Notes: generated by a model from the letters alone, not told the origin. Shown: positions 10,117 to 20,866, counted from the stretch's first letter. The stretch: DNA of 64,000 nt from Thainema sp. (GCA_052168235.1 JBQLZK010000020.1:33333-97332), one strand, 5' to 3'. A program made the numbers and translations.

Positions 10117-11451
10117 ATGTACTGGTTTCTGCAACTGTCATTAATCGCGTTCAATGCGGCTGGCTTAACCCTGAGTTTTGCTTTCCTGCGAACGCCGATT
10201 GCCTTAGCTCCTGCCACTGAGATTGAGTCACCGGCTCTGCCTGATTTAGATCAAGCGGCATCCATTGAGGAACTATATACACTGCGGGATGAGCTGATTG
10301 CTCAAGTCAATGATGCCCATGCGCAGGATGAGGACGACAGCTCTTCATCCGGAAAAGTGTCCCATCAATTGCTGATGGAGCAGGCCATCCAAACTGCTCA
10401 AATTAAAATCCGCGTGGAAGAACGGGCTGAAACGCGCCTACATCAGGCGGGCCGACTTGCGCTTCAGGCGGTTGAAAAAGCGGGTGTTGAAGAACCAACT
10501 CTAGAGGATTTTCAGGCTGCCGAGGCACTTTGGAATGATGCGATCGCAAAGTTAGAGGCTATTCCCAACGAAGAAACCTTTGTCTCGCAACAGGCGCTGA
10601 AAAAGCTGACCGAATATCAAGGCCACCGAGACACAATTGCCTATCGGGTTGACGAGCAGCAGTCAGACTTCCTCAAAACAATTGCTGAAGAATTGGGTCG
10701 CCCCGATAGCATCCGTATTGCCGTTTGTGAGGTGGCGGAGAATCCAGAATGCCGCTACTGGAAGGGCAATGAACCGCCTGCCAGCCCAGCCAGCTTAATT
10801 AAAGTACCCGTCGCGGTGGCTCTGATGCAAAAAGTGACCACTGAGCAGACGGATCTGGAAAGCAAAATCATGGTCAGCCCCGGTAACTGGACAGAAGATC
10901 CGGACGGCTCCAAAATCTGGACGGGGCAGGAGCATTCGCTCAAAGAACTGCTGTACCGCATGATTGACCACAGCAGCAACATCGCCACTAATCAGCTTAT
11001 CGACTACGTTGGCTTTGACTACATTAATCAGGTGATGCAGGAGCGGGGCTACACGGGCACCAAAGTCGGCTATAAGCTGGTCGGCGAATCCACCTATCCC
11101 AGCAATTTGGGCAGTTTCCCAAACCAGATAACGGCCTCTGACCTGACTCACATGATGGTCGAAATTTACAACCAGGAAAATTCTGGTGATGATGTGCTGC
11201 TCGATGCCTTAGTCAGCCAGTACGACTGGGATTTCGGCTACAAGGCGCTGCAAAAGTCGCCCGGTAACTGGGCCGGAGAGAAAACGGGTCAAAACTCCAA
11301 GGTGATTGGTACAACCGTCGGCGTCAATATCGGCGGCGTAGGCGGCGATCGCTATATCATTACGTTTACGATTGACTACTCAGCCAACCAAAACACGCTG
11401 CGTCAGGGAATTCGGCAGGTCGTAGAGCATATTGCTGATAATGGTCTGTAA
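10117..11451 (+). CDS. Serine hydrolase (class A beta-lactamase/PBP-like) with N-terminal signal/anchor and helical domain
   Basis: PASLIK (SxxK), SSN (SxN), EKTG (KTG); hydrophobic N-terminus. Confidence 0.8.
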   Translation: MYWFLQLSLIAFNAAGLTLSFAFLRTPIALAPATEIESPALPDLDQAASIEELYTLRDELIAQVNDAHAQDEDDSSSSGKVSHQLLMEQAIQTAQIKIRVEERAETRLHQAGRLALQAVEKAGVEEPTLEDFQAAEALWNDAIAKLEAIPNEETFVSQQALKKLTEYQGHRDTIAYRVDEQQSDFLKTIAEELGRPDSIRIAVCEVAENPECRYWKGNEPPASPASLIKVPVAVALMQKVTTEQTDLESKIMVSPGNWTEDPDGSKIWTGQEHSLKELLYRMIDHSSNIATNQLIDYVGFDYINQVMQERGYTGTKVGYKLVGESTYPSNLGSFPNQITASDLTHMMVEIYNQENSGDDVLLDALVSQYDWDFGYKALQKSPGNWAGEKTGQNSKVIGTTVGVNIGGVGGDRYIITFTIDYSANQNTLRQGIRQVVEHIADNGL

Positions 11452-11487
11452 TGGGCATTGGCCCCGTAGATTCATTAAGCAACTATC

Positions 11488-12318
11488 ATGTCGAGTTCGA
11501 CTGCGATCGCACTTTCCACAGAAATTCAAGGGCAAGGTTTCCCGATTCTCTGTCTGCACGGACATCCGGGGCGCGGTTCCTCAATGTCGGTCTTCACTAG
11601 TCACCTCGCGCGGCGATTTAGGACAATTGCGCCGGATCTGCGTGGCTATGGCGATAGTCGGGTTGAGCGTCCGTTTCAGATGGCTGATCACTTACAGGAT
11701 CTTGAAGCCCTGCTGGAGCGGCAAACGATTGACCAGTGCCTCGTTTTGGGTTGGTCGCTGGGCGGCATTTTGGCGATGGAATTGGCACTCCAACGACCGG
11801 ATCTGGTACAGGGTTTAATCTTAGTCGCAACGGCAGCCTATCCCCGCAGCAGTCATCCGCCGATTTTCTGGCAGGACAATCTCTACACCGGACTGGCTGC
11901 ACTAATTAACCTCGTCTCTCCTGGCTGGCAGTGGAATATTGATGCCTTCGGTCAGCGGTCACTCTTCCGCTATTTGGTGCAGCAGCAAACGCCTTCAACC
12001 TACCGCTATCTGGCCAGTGAAGCCGTTCCAGCTTACCTACGCACGTCTAAGTGGGCGGAGCAAGCTCTGACTCAAGCCATGCGCGATCGCTATAATCGCC
12101 TCGCGGATTTGCACCAGATTCAAGTCCCCTGCCTGATGCTCTGCGGTGAACAGGATCGGCACATCACGGCTCAATCGAGTATCGAAACAGGCGAAGCGCT
12201 CCCAGACTGCAAGATTCACTGCTACCCCGACACCGCTCACCTTTTTCCCTGGGAAATTCCGCAGCAGGTTTTAGCTGATATCGATCAGTGGCTTACGATT
12301 TACCGGAATCCAACATAA
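11488..12318 (+). CDS. Alpha/beta fold hydrolase
   Basis: LCLHGHPG, APDLRGYG, GWSLGG nucleophile elbow, C-terminal His (TAHLFP). Confidence 0.9.
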   Translation: MSSSTAIALSTEIQGQGFPILCLHGHPGRGSSMSVFTSHLARRFRTIAPDLRGYGDSRVERPFQMADHLQDLEALLERQTIDQCLVLGWSLGGILAMELALQRPDLVQGLILVATAAYPRSSHPPIFWQDNLYTGLAALINLVSPGWQWNIDAFGQRSLFRYLVQQQTPSTYRYLASEAVPAYLRTSKWAEQALTQAMRDRYNRLADLHQIQVPCLMLCGEQDRHITAQSSIETGEALPDCKIHCYPDTAHLFPWEIPQQVLADIDQWLTIYRNPT

Positions 12319-12383
12319 ATATCCAGCAGTAGATTTTGGTAGCACCGTCTACACCACTTGAACAGTCAAATCCAGAATCGACT

Positions 12384-12911
12384 TTATCCGATCATCTGCT
12401 TAAAATACTCTTTCTCGCTCATCAAATTCTGGGTGCTTTCTACACGGTCGAGAAAGACCTTGCCGTTGAGGTGATCCAGTTCGTGCTGAATGATGCGAGC
12501 AACAAAATCGGTGAACTCTTGGTGCTGGCAATTGCCGAAACGATCAGTATATTCAACTGCGATCGCACTATAGCGTGGCACCAAACCTCGAATTCCCGGC
12601 ACGCTGAGGCAGCCTTCCCAACCTTTCATCTGTTCATCAGAGTGATCGACGATTTCAGGATTAATCATTGCCGTTGGTTCCATCGTTGGCGCGTGGGGAT
12701 AGCGCAGATTGGGGCGCGAGGCGACAATAATCAGGCGCTCTGACGCGGCAACTTGCGGAGCCGCAATGCCCACACCGTTCGTTTCTACTGCGGTTGCAAT
12801 CAAGTCGTCGATCAGGGATTGTGTGCGATCGCACATTACCTGATCAACGGGCTGGGCAATTTGCCGCAATACGGGATGACCCAACTCAATTACAGAACGA
12901 ATATTAGCCAT
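12384..12911 (-). CDS. def: Peptide deformylase (second paralog)
   Basis: GVGIAAPQV, EGCLSV, QHELDHL; start taken at MANIRS. Confidence 0.9.
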   Translation of the reverse strand: MANIRSVIELGHPVLRQIAQPVDQVMCDRTQSLIDDLIATAVETNGVGIAAPQVAASERLIIVASRPNLRYPHAPTMEPTAMINPEIVDHSDEQMKGWEGCLSVPGIRGLVPRYSAIAVEYTDRFGNCQHQEFTDFVARIIQHELDHLNGKVFLDRVESTQNLMSEKEYFKQMIG

Positions 12912-12967
12912 AGTTACTAACTTATAAATCAACAAATCAGGTAATTTAGCCGTTAATCAGCCACAAT

Positions 12968-13354
12968 TTACCAAATGGTTTTGACTGGATAAGCTGCAAA
13001 CGCCGCGTCAGTACTAACCAGTAAAGCTTGCTCACAGATGGCTTGGGCAATCAAAATTCGGTCAAATGGATCTTTATGATGAGGTGGTAGTTGATCAAGC
13101 GCGAGTACATGTTCTGAGACGATGGGTAAAACGACTAAATTATTCGTCAATTGTTGCTGAACCAGAATTTCAGAAAGTGGTGAATGTAAGCGTAATTTCC
13201 CTAATTGGTATTTGATTTGGATCTCCCAAAGGCTTGCGACGCTGAGAATGAACTCGTTAGTAACGTCAGTCAATAAATCTAGAGCTTGGTCTGATAGCTG
13301 TTCCGGCTGACTGTCCCACCAGATAAACGTATGGGTATCTAAAAGTAGTTTCAC
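12968..13354 (-). CDS. vapC: PIN-domain VapC-family toxin
   Basis: LLLDTHTFIW, ASLWEIQIK, HHKDPFDRILIAQA. Confidence 0.9.
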   Translation of the reverse strand: MKLLLDTHTFIWWDSQPEQLSDQALDLLTDVTNEFILSVASLWEIQIKYQLGKLRLHSPLSEILVQQQLTNNLVVLPIVSEHVLALDQLPPHHKDPFDRILIAQAICEQALLVSTDAAFAAYPVKTIW

Positions 13355-13358
13355 AGCG

Positions 13359-13598
13359 TTAATCTTGCTGATTTAGCCAAAATTCATCGGGTAGTGGATC
13401 ATCAAAGTCTGCATCAATAATTATGCTATTTCGGTGCAGGCCTGGAACTCGCTTGGTTGAAGATGCTTGTATTGGCAATAACCGAGCTTGAGGAATTTGT
13501 CGATCGGTCAAAATAATTTCAATGCCAGTTGCTGCTTGGGCAATCAGTTCGGCCAATTGACTTTGAGCTTCAGCAATATCAACGATTTTAGTAGTCAT
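13359..13598 (-). CDS. Antitoxin (Phd/YefM-like N-terminus)
   Basis: Small gene 4 bp upstream of vapC; VDIAEAQSQLAELI N-terminus; DFDDPLPDEFW C-terminus. Confidence 0.8.
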   Translation of the reverse strand: MTTKIVDIAEAQSQLAELIAQAATGIEIILTDRQIPQARLLPIQASSTKRVPGLHRNSIIIDADFDDPLPDEFWLNQQD

Positions 13599-13659
13599 CT
13601 GACCTTCCCTATTTTTGTGATGACATTAAGTGAGCTTTGCTGTTAAAAGCCTGTGGTTC

Positions 13660-13700
13660 TGAATGAGAATTGGAGTACTTAGCACTCCAATTCTCATTCA
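13660..13700. terminator. Hairpin downstream of gor
   Basis: TGAATGAGAATTGGAGT...ACTCCAATTCTCATTCA, 17-bp arms. Confidence 0.6.
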
Positions 13701-13709
13701 TAGAAAAAA

Positions 13710-15116
13710 CTAGCGCATGGTGACGAATTCCTCGGCAGAGCTGGGATGGATGCCGACGGTGGCGTCGAAATCGGCTTTGGTTGCGCCCATCTTGACTGCG
13801 ATCGCAACGCCTTGAATAATTTCAGCCGCATGATCGCCGACCATATGGGCACCGAGTACCTTGTTGGTGGCCTCCTCGACAATCAACTTCATCATCGTCT
13901 TTTCTTGCTTATCCGGCAGCGTATAGTACATGGCCCGGAACCGGCTGCGATAGATCTTGATGCCATCGCAACCATACTGTTGAACAGCTTCGTCCTCGGT
14001 AAGCCCAACCGTTGCCGCTTCCGGCGTTGTGAATACAGCAGTGGGAATATTCTCGTAGCTCATCTGGCGCGACTTACCGCCAAACATGGTGTCAGCAAAC
14101 GCCCGACCTTCGTTAATCGCCACTGGCGTGAGATTAATGTTATCGGTGCAGTCGCCCACCGCATAGATGTGATCCACCGACGTTTTGCTGTAGGGATCAA
14201 CTGCGATCGCATCTCCATTCATCTCCACACCCGTATTTTCTAAGCCCAGGTTTTGAGTATTGGGTTTGCGCCCAGTCGCCGCTAAACTCACTGCGTCGGT
14301 GATAATCTCTTCCGGATTTTCGGTCGGAACAAGCTGCGTCTCCACTAAGTCGCCACAGTCACGCTTGAGTTTAATCTTCAGCCCAGTTTCCGCTTTTTCA
14401 ATCGAAACGATTTGAGTCTCCGTCAGCAGGTTGACGCCATGATGAATCATGCCGTCTTGAATGCTCGTGCGGATATCTTCATCAAAGCCCCGCAAAATCT
14501 TGTTGCCCCGAATCACCTGAGTCACTTCAGTACCCAGACCGTTCATGATCGAGGCAAATTCACAGCCGATGTAGCCACCGCCCAGAATCACAATCCGCTT
14601 GGGTTGCTCTTTGAGGTGGAAGATATCGTCGGAGGTCATGGCATGTTCAATGCCTTTGATATGCGGCTTCACCGGATAGCCACCGACGGCGATTAGAATC
14701 TTGTCGGCAGTGACCTTTTCATCGCCAACTTCTAGGGTGTGTTCGTCGATAAATTTCGCCCGTGCCGGAAAGAGCTTCACATTGGATTTATCCAACATAC
14801 TCTGATAGATGCCGTTGAGCCGAATCACTTCGTTGTTGACGGCGGTAATCATTTTGTGCCAATCAAGCTGGCCCTTCACTTCGCTCCAGCCGTAGCCCTG
14901 AGCATCTTCAAATAAGCTAGGGAAATGGGAGGCATAGACCATCAGTTTTTTGGGAACACAACCGCGATTAACGCAGGTGCCACCCAGGCGATCGTATTCG
15001 GCGACGCCCACTTTGGCTCCGTATTCGGCAGCGCGTCGGGCCGTTGCAATTCCGCCAGAACCACCACCAATTACAAATAAATCAAAGTCGTAACTCACAA
15101 ATGCCTCCTTTTGCAT
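13710..15116 (-). CDS. gor: Glutathione-disulfide reductase
   Basis: GGGSGG FAD motif, GGTCVNRGCVPKK redox disulfide, GGGYIG, HPSSAEE; true start may be the GTG at 15098. Confidence 0.95.
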   Translation of the reverse strand: MQKEAFVSYDFDLFVIGGGSGGIATARRAAEYGAKVGVAEYDRLGGTCVNRGCVPKKLMVYASHFPSLFEDAQGYGWSEVKGQLDWHKMITAVNNEVIRLNGIYQSMLDKSNVKLFPARAKFIDEHTLEVGDEKVTADKILIAVGGYPVKPHIKGIEHAMTSDDIFHLKEQPKRIVILGGGYIGCEFASIMNGLGTEVTQVIRGNKILRGFDEDIRTSIQDGMIHHGVNLLTETQIVSIEKAETGLKIKLKRDCGDLVETQLVPTENPEEIITDAVSLAATGRKPNTQNLGLENTGVEMNGDAIAVDPYSKTSVDHIYAVGDCTDNINLTPVAINEGRAFADTMFGGKSRQMSYENIPTAVFTTPEAATVGLTEDEAVQQYGCDGIKIYRSRFRAMYYTLPDKQEKTMMKLIVEEATNKVLGAHMVGDHAAEIIQGVAIAVKMGATKADFDATVGIHPSSAEEFVTMR

Positions 15117-15315
15117 TAACCATTGCGTTGATCAACACGGCGGCCTTGCCAATTCGGGGCTGAATTGCGAGATAGGAGCAGTGCCTCACCTCGCAATTTA
15201 GACTTAAAATCAGCAATCCCACACGGCTGTTTTGATCACGCTATCGCTATCATCAGCCTAACGTTTTCCTGATTATTTCGCGTCCCGAGTTTGGTGACAT
15301 GGACGTGATGTTGTG

Positions 15316-16107
15316 CTAACTCGCTTTCTCGGCGGCGTTTACCCAAACGGTCATGTTTTTCAGCGTTAATGGCCCAAACTGGGTCGCAAGCGCAACATCA
15401 GCGGCGTCACGACCATATGCGATCGCAATTCGATTTCCCTTCGGATCTTTCTGGGTCGCATCAAAGGTGTACCAGCGGTGGCCGACATAGGCTTCAAACC
15501 AGGCGTGCAGATCCATCGGCTCTAGTTCATGCAGATAGCCCACCACCATGCGAGCCGGAATGCTGAGGTTACGACAGAGCGAGATGCCCAGATGAGTAAA
15601 GTCGCGACACACTCCCACTCGCTGTTCAACCGTGTCTAAGACGGTTGTGGATGTATCACTCGTGCCGTACTGATATTCAATATTGGTCTGAATCCATTGA
15701 CGAATCGCTTCCACCTGCGCGTAACCGGGCTGAGCCTCGGCGGTGATTTCAAGCGCCAAATCGCCGACCTGCTCGGGCAAACAGTAGCGGCTGGGCAGCA
15801 GATATTGCAGCAAACCTGTCGGTAAATTTTGCACTTCGATGAAGGGTGCGGTGCGGTCTACGTCGATGCGATCGCTGGTTTCCACATAGGCTTCGGTATG
15901 AATTCGAAACTCGCCTTCTGGAACGACCAAACGCTGACATAGGTTGCCGTAGCTATCGGTGTATTCTTCCACAAACACCATCGGCTGCAAGTCATATTCT
16001 TCGCGCACCACCCACTGACCCTGACCACTGCGAGGACGCAGCATGAGGATGACTGGCGTAGGAGCATCGGCTTCATAAATTAGTTCACAGCCTGCGTTGA
16101 GTCTCAT
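15316..16107 (-). CDS. Transglutaminase-like family protein
   Basis: YLLPSRYC, GVCRDFTHL, DLHAWFEAY, WYTFDAT (Cys-His-Asp triad). Confidence 0.9.
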   Translation of the reverse strand: MRLNAGCELIYEADAPTPVILMLRPRSGQGQWVVREEYDLQPMVFVEEYTDSYGNLCQRLVVPEGEFRIHTEAYVETSDRIDVDRTAPFIEVQNLPTGLLQYLLPSRYCLPEQVGDLALEITAEAQPGYAQVEAIRQWIQTNIEYQYGTSDTSTTVLDTVEQRVGVCRDFTHLGISLCRNLSIPARMVVGYLHELEPMDLHAWFEAYVGHRWYTFDATQKDPKGNRIAIAYGRDAADVALATQFGPLTLKNMTVWVNAAEKAS

Positions 16108-16303
16108 GTTTTTCCTTCATTCACTGGGACGATACGCTACAGCGGCGGCACTAGAAAGTCTGTAAACAACCTTACATTGAAACTATAGCGAGACTCTGAA
16201 GTCGTTCGTAAAGCTCATCAGGCAAGTTTTCAATCTGAAGAATAGCCATTGCGATCGCAGAACTGCTAGAAGGTTATATTCCAAGTCTAATGGAATCGAC
16301 TAA

Positions 16304-16324
16304 GGTGGGCGATGCCCACCCTAC
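16304..16324 (-). repeat. GTAG-type REP hairpin (GTAGGGTGGGCATCGCCCACC)
   Basis: GTAG plus palindrome 11 bp after the stop of the upstream minus-strand gene. Confidence 0.65.
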
Positions 16325-16335
16325 AGGATAGATAT

Positions 16336-17295
16336 CTACTGAATTTTGCCGATTTCGCGACCGACGGCTTCAATTTTGTCGTAGTTGGCGTTTTCGGTTT
16401 CGATGAATTGCTCTGCGCCGAAGAGTTCTAAGATTTCCTGATGCTCTGGATTGCTGGGATCAAGGTTGAGTAGCGCCTGCTGTACTTTTTCCGTAAAGCC
16501 TTCACCGTAGCGCTCTTCGACTTCTGGGCTGATCACCCAGTGATAGTCGTAATAAGTGGGCGTGCGCCACAGCACCTCCACGCGATCGCGGTTGACGGCA
16601 CCTTCTGCTAAGCGGGATTCCCAGACCTGCTCATTCAGGAAGCCTGTCTCGTAGCTGCCTGCTTCCACTAGCTTAATCGTCGTGTCGTGATTACCGGAAA
16701 AGCCAACTTCACCGTTCAAATCCGATAGTTCAACACCTGCTTCTTTCATAAAATACTGCGGCATCAGACGACCAGAGGTAGACGATTCGCTGCCAAAGGT
16801 GAGGCTGCGCCCCTTGAGCTGTTCTAAACCGCTGGCATCTTCAAACGGTTCTAAATTAGCGCTGGTGTTGGCAATCAAAACGCTGCGGAAATTCTCGTCG
16901 ATGTCCCGCTGTGCGATCGCAGTTGCTCCATCCACCTGTAACCGCGCCTGCACCCCGGTTAGACCGCCAAACCACACCATGTCGAGGTCGCCCACTTTAA
17001 ACGCAGTCACGGCAGCGGCATAGTCAGTGACAGGCTGATACTCAACCGGAACGCCTAACTCTTGCTCTAGATAGTCGGTCAGCGCCCCATAAAGCCGCTG
17101 GAGTTCTTCGGGATCTTGATCAGGAATAGCCCCTGTTACGAACGGTTCCACATTCTCGGTATTTTCAGAAACCGAATCACTTGCCGTACTGTCGCCTGGG
17201 GTGGCGGAATTTTGGGTATCTGGTGAACAGGCGGCTAGGGGCAACATCAGAGCAGCCAAACCTGTAACCAGCGAACGTTTAAGTCGAAGCACCAT
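16336..17295 (-). CDS. PhnD-family ABC transporter substrate-binding lipoprotein (phosphate/phosphonate/putative selenate type)
   Basis: Lipobox LAAC; GAIPDQDP, WFGGLTGVQAR, GSESSTSGRLMP, FSGNHD, PTYYDYHW. Confidence 0.85.
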   Translation of the reverse strand: MVLRLKRSLVTGLAALMLPLAACSPDTQNSATPGDSTASDSVSENTENVEPFVTGAIPDQDPEELQRLYGALTDYLEQELGVPVEYQPVTDYAAAVTAFKVGDLDMVWFGGLTGVQARLQVDGATAIAQRDIDENFRSVLIANTSANLEPFEDASGLEQLKGRSLTFGSESSTSGRLMPQYFMKEAGVELSDLNGEVGFSGNHDTTIKLVEAGSYETGFLNEQVWESRLAEGAVNRDRVEVLWRTPTYYDYHWVISPEVEERYGEGFTEKVQQALLNLDPSNPEHQEILELFGAEQFIETENANYDKIEAVGREIGKIQ

Positions 17296-17432
17296 TGAAT
17301 TTTCCCTGGGAAACAACTAATAGAAATCCTCTCATTCTGCACCCAAACAACCGCTTCGGGTTCTCAAAGTGCAAGGTGCAAGACGTGAGAATCTACACTA
17401 TAAGAATAGAGCCATTGCTAGCACCTCAAGCT

Positions 17433-17996
17433 ATGACGACTGTTCTGAACTTAGAACCGCTTACTCGCAGCCTGTCACGGGAACAGTTTGTGCAACTTTG
17501 CCACAGTAATCCTGACCTACAGCTTGAGCGTTCAGCCCAAGGAGAATTAGTGATTGTGAGCCCAGTCGGCGGCATCAGCGGTAATCAAGAAGCGGATTTG
17601 ATTACGAAGGTTGGTATTTGGAATGTCGAAACTCAGTTGGGCTATGTGTTTAGCTCATCAACGATCTTTAGCTTGCCGAATGGGGGGGATCGCTCTCCGG
17701 ATGTAGCGTGGGTAGCCAAGCGGCGCTGGGAAGCGCTGACACCAGAAGCACAAAGCGCTTTTCCGCCGATTTGTCCAGACTTTGTGATTGAACTGCGATC
17801 GCGCAGTGATCGATTGCTGCCGCTGCAAGCCAAAATGCAGGAGTATATCGCTAGCGGATTGCGGCTGGGATGGCTGATTAATCCACAAGATCGGCAAGTG
17901 GAAATCTATCGTCCTGAGCAAGAGGTTGAGGTGATTCAGTTACCTGCAAAGCTATCGGGTGAAACGGTGCTGCCAGGTTTTGAGTTGAGTCTTTGA
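17433..17996 (+). CDS. Uma2 family putative restriction endonuclease
   Basis: LERSAQGELVIVSP, RSPDVAW, PDFVIELRS, KMQEY, GLRLGWLINP. Confidence 0.92.
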   Translation: MTTVLNLEPLTRSLSREQFVQLCHSNPDLQLERSAQGELVIVSPVGGISGNQEADLITKVGIWNVETQLGYVFSSSTIFSLPNGGDRSPDVAWVAKRRWEALTPEAQSAFPPICPDFVIELRSRSDRLLPLQAKMQEYIASGLRLGWLINPQDRQVEIYRPEQEVEVIQLPAKLSGETVLPGFELSL

Positions 17997-18074
17997 ACAG
18001 GGAGGTAAATGCGATCGCACGTTTAAGATTTCGTAGATCGCTGGCTTTAATCATTTCTGCAACAATTCTAGCGT

Positions 18075-18115
18075 TGCCAGAGACCCGGCTTCTCTAAGAA
18101 GCCGAATCTCTGGCA
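18075..18115. repeat. Imperfect palindrome between convergent genes (possible terminator)
   Basis: TGCCAGAGACCCGGCTTCT CTA AGAAGCCGAATCTCTGGCA. Confidence 0.55.
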
Positions 18116-18172
18116 CCCGTGGTTCAGCCAAATGGGAGCCGAGTGCAGCATTATTCTGGCTGATGAACTTGA

Positions 18173-18925
18173 TTAAACCGATGCCCGTTGGCGGCGGGTG
18201 ACTTGGTGCGGCTCAATTTGGGTGACAGCTTCTTCAAAGGGGCGTACCCGCAGCCGCTGCTGATGGACATTGAACTGATAGACCTGATTTTGGTCGAGAT
18301 CTAGAGCTGTGAGCCAACCGCTCTTGGGATGATAGGCTCCGGTATCAATATCGAGCCAGCCAATGCCTTGGACAATCTGCCCTGGCTTAACTTGGGGCAG
18401 CGTGAACGTAATCGTATGTCCCGTAATAATCAGCTTATCGGTGAAGTAGGGACGGGGACTGCTGTGAAAGCGATCGCGGATCCAGCAGAGTTCTTGGCTG
18501 GTTTGTTTTTCAATCGGCAAATCGGGATGTAGCCCAGCATGAACTAACCATACATCCCCCAAATCGATGAATAGGGGCAGTTGGCGAATCCAAGCTAAGT
18601 GGTCAAACAGCCGCTCAATGTCGCCATAGCTCGTCAGGGTTGACTGACCACCGCTAAACAACCAGCCCTGTAAGGCGGGCATATGTACCTGGCCATTCGG
18701 AAACGCATCTAGTAAAAGCTGCTCGTGATTGCCCAATACGCACTGGTGAGGACTTTGGCGAACAAAATCAACGACCTGGGCACTCTGAGGGCCGCGATCG
18801 ATCAGGTCGCCAACAAAATATATTTTATGGTCAGAGTCCGGTGAAACTGCCTCCAGCAGTCGCATAAGACCATCGTAGTGACCATGTACATCACCTATAA
18901 AAATGCGTCGGCGCGTCTCAGTCAT
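18173..18925 (-). CDS. Metallophosphoesterase, PPP/PrpA-like Ser/Thr protein phosphatase
   Basis: GDVHG, GDLIDRG, GNHE, VHAG, GHT, DIDTGA. Confidence 0.9.
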   Translation of the reverse strand: MTETRRRIFIGDVHGHYDGLMRLLEAVSPDSDHKIYFVGDLIDRGPQSAQVVDFVRQSPHQCVLGNHEQLLLDAFPNGQVHMPALQGWLFSGGQSTLTSYGDIERLFDHLAWIRQLPLFIDLGDVWLVHAGLHPDLPIEKQTSQELCWIRDRFHSSPRPYFTDKLIITGHTITFTLPQVKPGQIVQGIGWLDIDTGAYHPKSGWLTALDLDQNQVYQFNVHQQRLRVRPFEEAVTQIEPHQVTRRQRASV

Positions 18926-19270
18926 CCAAAATTTCCTGCTATGTGAAGCTGCTTTAGGGGATGAAACGTTAGTGCTGCAAGGGTAAATACATCACTATGA
19001 ATTCGAACGTTTTGATGGACAAACCACCACTATCTCCATATTGCCCATCAAGCTGACAAATGCACCTTTTTCAGGTGCGCCTTTTATGAAAGGACACATT
19101 TTACTTCTTTTTAAAGAAGTTTACGTTAGTACTGTCTTGATTATGCCCTGCTATCGGCATATCATTGGGCCAGCTGAACTCAAATGTATTAAATATTACA
19201 TAAGTTTTCTGAAATATAAAAAAACTTATTAAGATGAATCTGCTTGCATGAAAAGATGTTGAACTTGCGT

Positions 19271-20857
19271 TTATCGAGTCCACGATCGGCGAAAGCTAAA
19301 CCAGGTTTCTCGTAGCTCTCGTCGCCAGTTGGCGTGGTCACGTCGCGCTTGCCACTGCTGTGCCAATTGCGACAAAAGCGAACCCCAGGTAAAGGGCAAG
19401 TTGGGGATCTGTGCCATCTGAGCAACCGTTATTCCCTGCCGCATAGCCAGCGCGATCGCAGTTACAGCCTCCTGTGCGTCAATGCCAATCACATGCAGTC
19501 CCAACACGAATCCGCGCCGATGGGTAATGAGCTTCACCATGCCGATCGAGGGCTGCGATCGCACCTGTTCCCGCTCCGCTAAAGATTGGCAAAAGACCCA
19601 AACGTCTTCTCCGTAGCGCTGGCGGGCCTGCTGTTCTGTTAAGCCAACGCGCACCAAGGCTGGACGAGTTGCGATCGCATAGGGAATACCCCAGTAGTTT
19701 ACGGAATGGTTGGAGAAGAACAGCGCATTCCGCACCGCCAGTTCCGCTTCATACTGAGCGACATGGGGTAGCATATAGCCTCCCAACGCTGCCCCACAGG
19801 CATAAATACGGCGATGGGTTGTGCGTAGCTGCGGACTCACCACCAGGCGATGATGGCGGCGTCGCAGCTTCATAATCGGCGCAATGCCACTAAAGTCCGG
19901 CCTTTGCCCTGCTGCCACGATTAGGATATCGGCTTGGAGAGTGGTGGCCGTGTCTAAGTTGGGCACGGTCTGAACCGCTTGAGTAGCCAAGAGATGGGTG
20001 GATTCTGGCCTGTCATGAGCTGATTTATCAGCAGCCAATCCGCCAGTTGTCATTTGAGCTAGCCAATCGGGATGTAAGTTGACCTGCACCTGTGGCTGCT
20101 CTGTTTGAATAGGCTGGGCCGGTTGAATAGACTGAATAGCTGTCATTGGCATTATCTGAATGCCATCTGCTTCCAGCCACGCCTGATAAGCTTGGGCAAT
20201 TTCCCGATCTTCCCGATGCAGGATGGGCAACTGTGAGGTCAATAGTGTGACTTGACTGCCTAAATTCACGAAAGCCTGTGCTAGTTCTAATCCGCTCGGA
20301 TCATCGCCCAGGATAATCACGGATTGGGGATGAGACTGCTGCATCAACTGAGGCAGCGTATCCAGCGTCAGATGGGGCACCGTGGCTAAACCGGGCACAT
20401 CTGGAATGAATGCCTGTCCACCATCCGCAATTAAGTACGCCCGCGATCGCAAGACACGCCCCTGATCGGGTGAACGGAGAAGAGGAACGGGATCGTCACT
20501 TTGACTAGCCTGAATGGCGGCAGGACTGTGGTTGACCAGCACCGAAAGGCGGGGCGATGGCACAAACTCCGGTACACCCGTGATGATGTCTACTCCGGTG
20601 GCGATAAGGGAAGCGTGCGATCGCAACTCCATCAGCGAGTCAACGGTCGTGCGTAACTGCTGCTGCATCCAGTTATACTCTGGCGCTTGATGAAACCGCT
20701 GACTGGCTGAGACGAACGCTGGTCGATACAGTTCTGCCTCAATCATTTGAACATGCGGCTCAATCAGCGCCACGCGTGCGTCTAGTGCAGCTGCCACCTG
20801 CGCGGCATGGCGTCCGGCCAAGGTGCCCCCTAAAATCACCAAGTCGTAGTCCACCAT
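19271..20857 (-). CDS. Degenerate pyridine nucleotide-disulfide oxidoreductase (MerA/LpdA-like fold)
   Basis: YDLVILGGTLAG; dimerisation domain (VGLTEQQAR, ALAMRQGI); no redox CxxxxC. Confidence 0.75.
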   Translation of the reverse strand: MVDYDLVILGGTLAGRHAAQVAAALDARVALIEPHVQMIEAELYRPAFVSASQRFHQAPEYNWMQQQLRTTVDSLMELRSHASLIATGVDIITGVPEFVPSPRLSVLVNHSPAAIQASQSDDPVPLLRSPDQGRVLRSRAYLIADGGQAFIPDVPGLATVPHLTLDTLPQLMQQSHPQSVIILGDDPSGLELAQAFVNLGSQVTLLTSQLPILHREDREIAQAYQAWLEADGIQIMPMTAIQSIQPAQPIQTEQPQVQVNLHPDWLAQMTTGGLAADKSAHDRPESTHLLATQAVQTVPNLDTATTLQADILIVAAGQRPDFSGIAPIMKLRRRHHRLVVSPQLRTTHRRIYACGAALGGYMLPHVAQYEAELAVRNALFFSNHSVNYWGIPYAIATRPALVRVGLTEQQARQRYGEDVWVFCQSLAEREQVRSQPSIGMVKLITHRRGFVLGLHVIGIDAQEAVTAIALAMRQGITVAQMAQIPNLPFTWGSLLSQLAQQWQARRDHANWRRELRETWFSFRRSWTR

Positions 20858-20866
20858 GCTGGTTGC

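Noticed and set aside
19271..20857. Mercuric reductase merA
   Set aside because: No active-site or C-terminal Cys pairs and no mer genes
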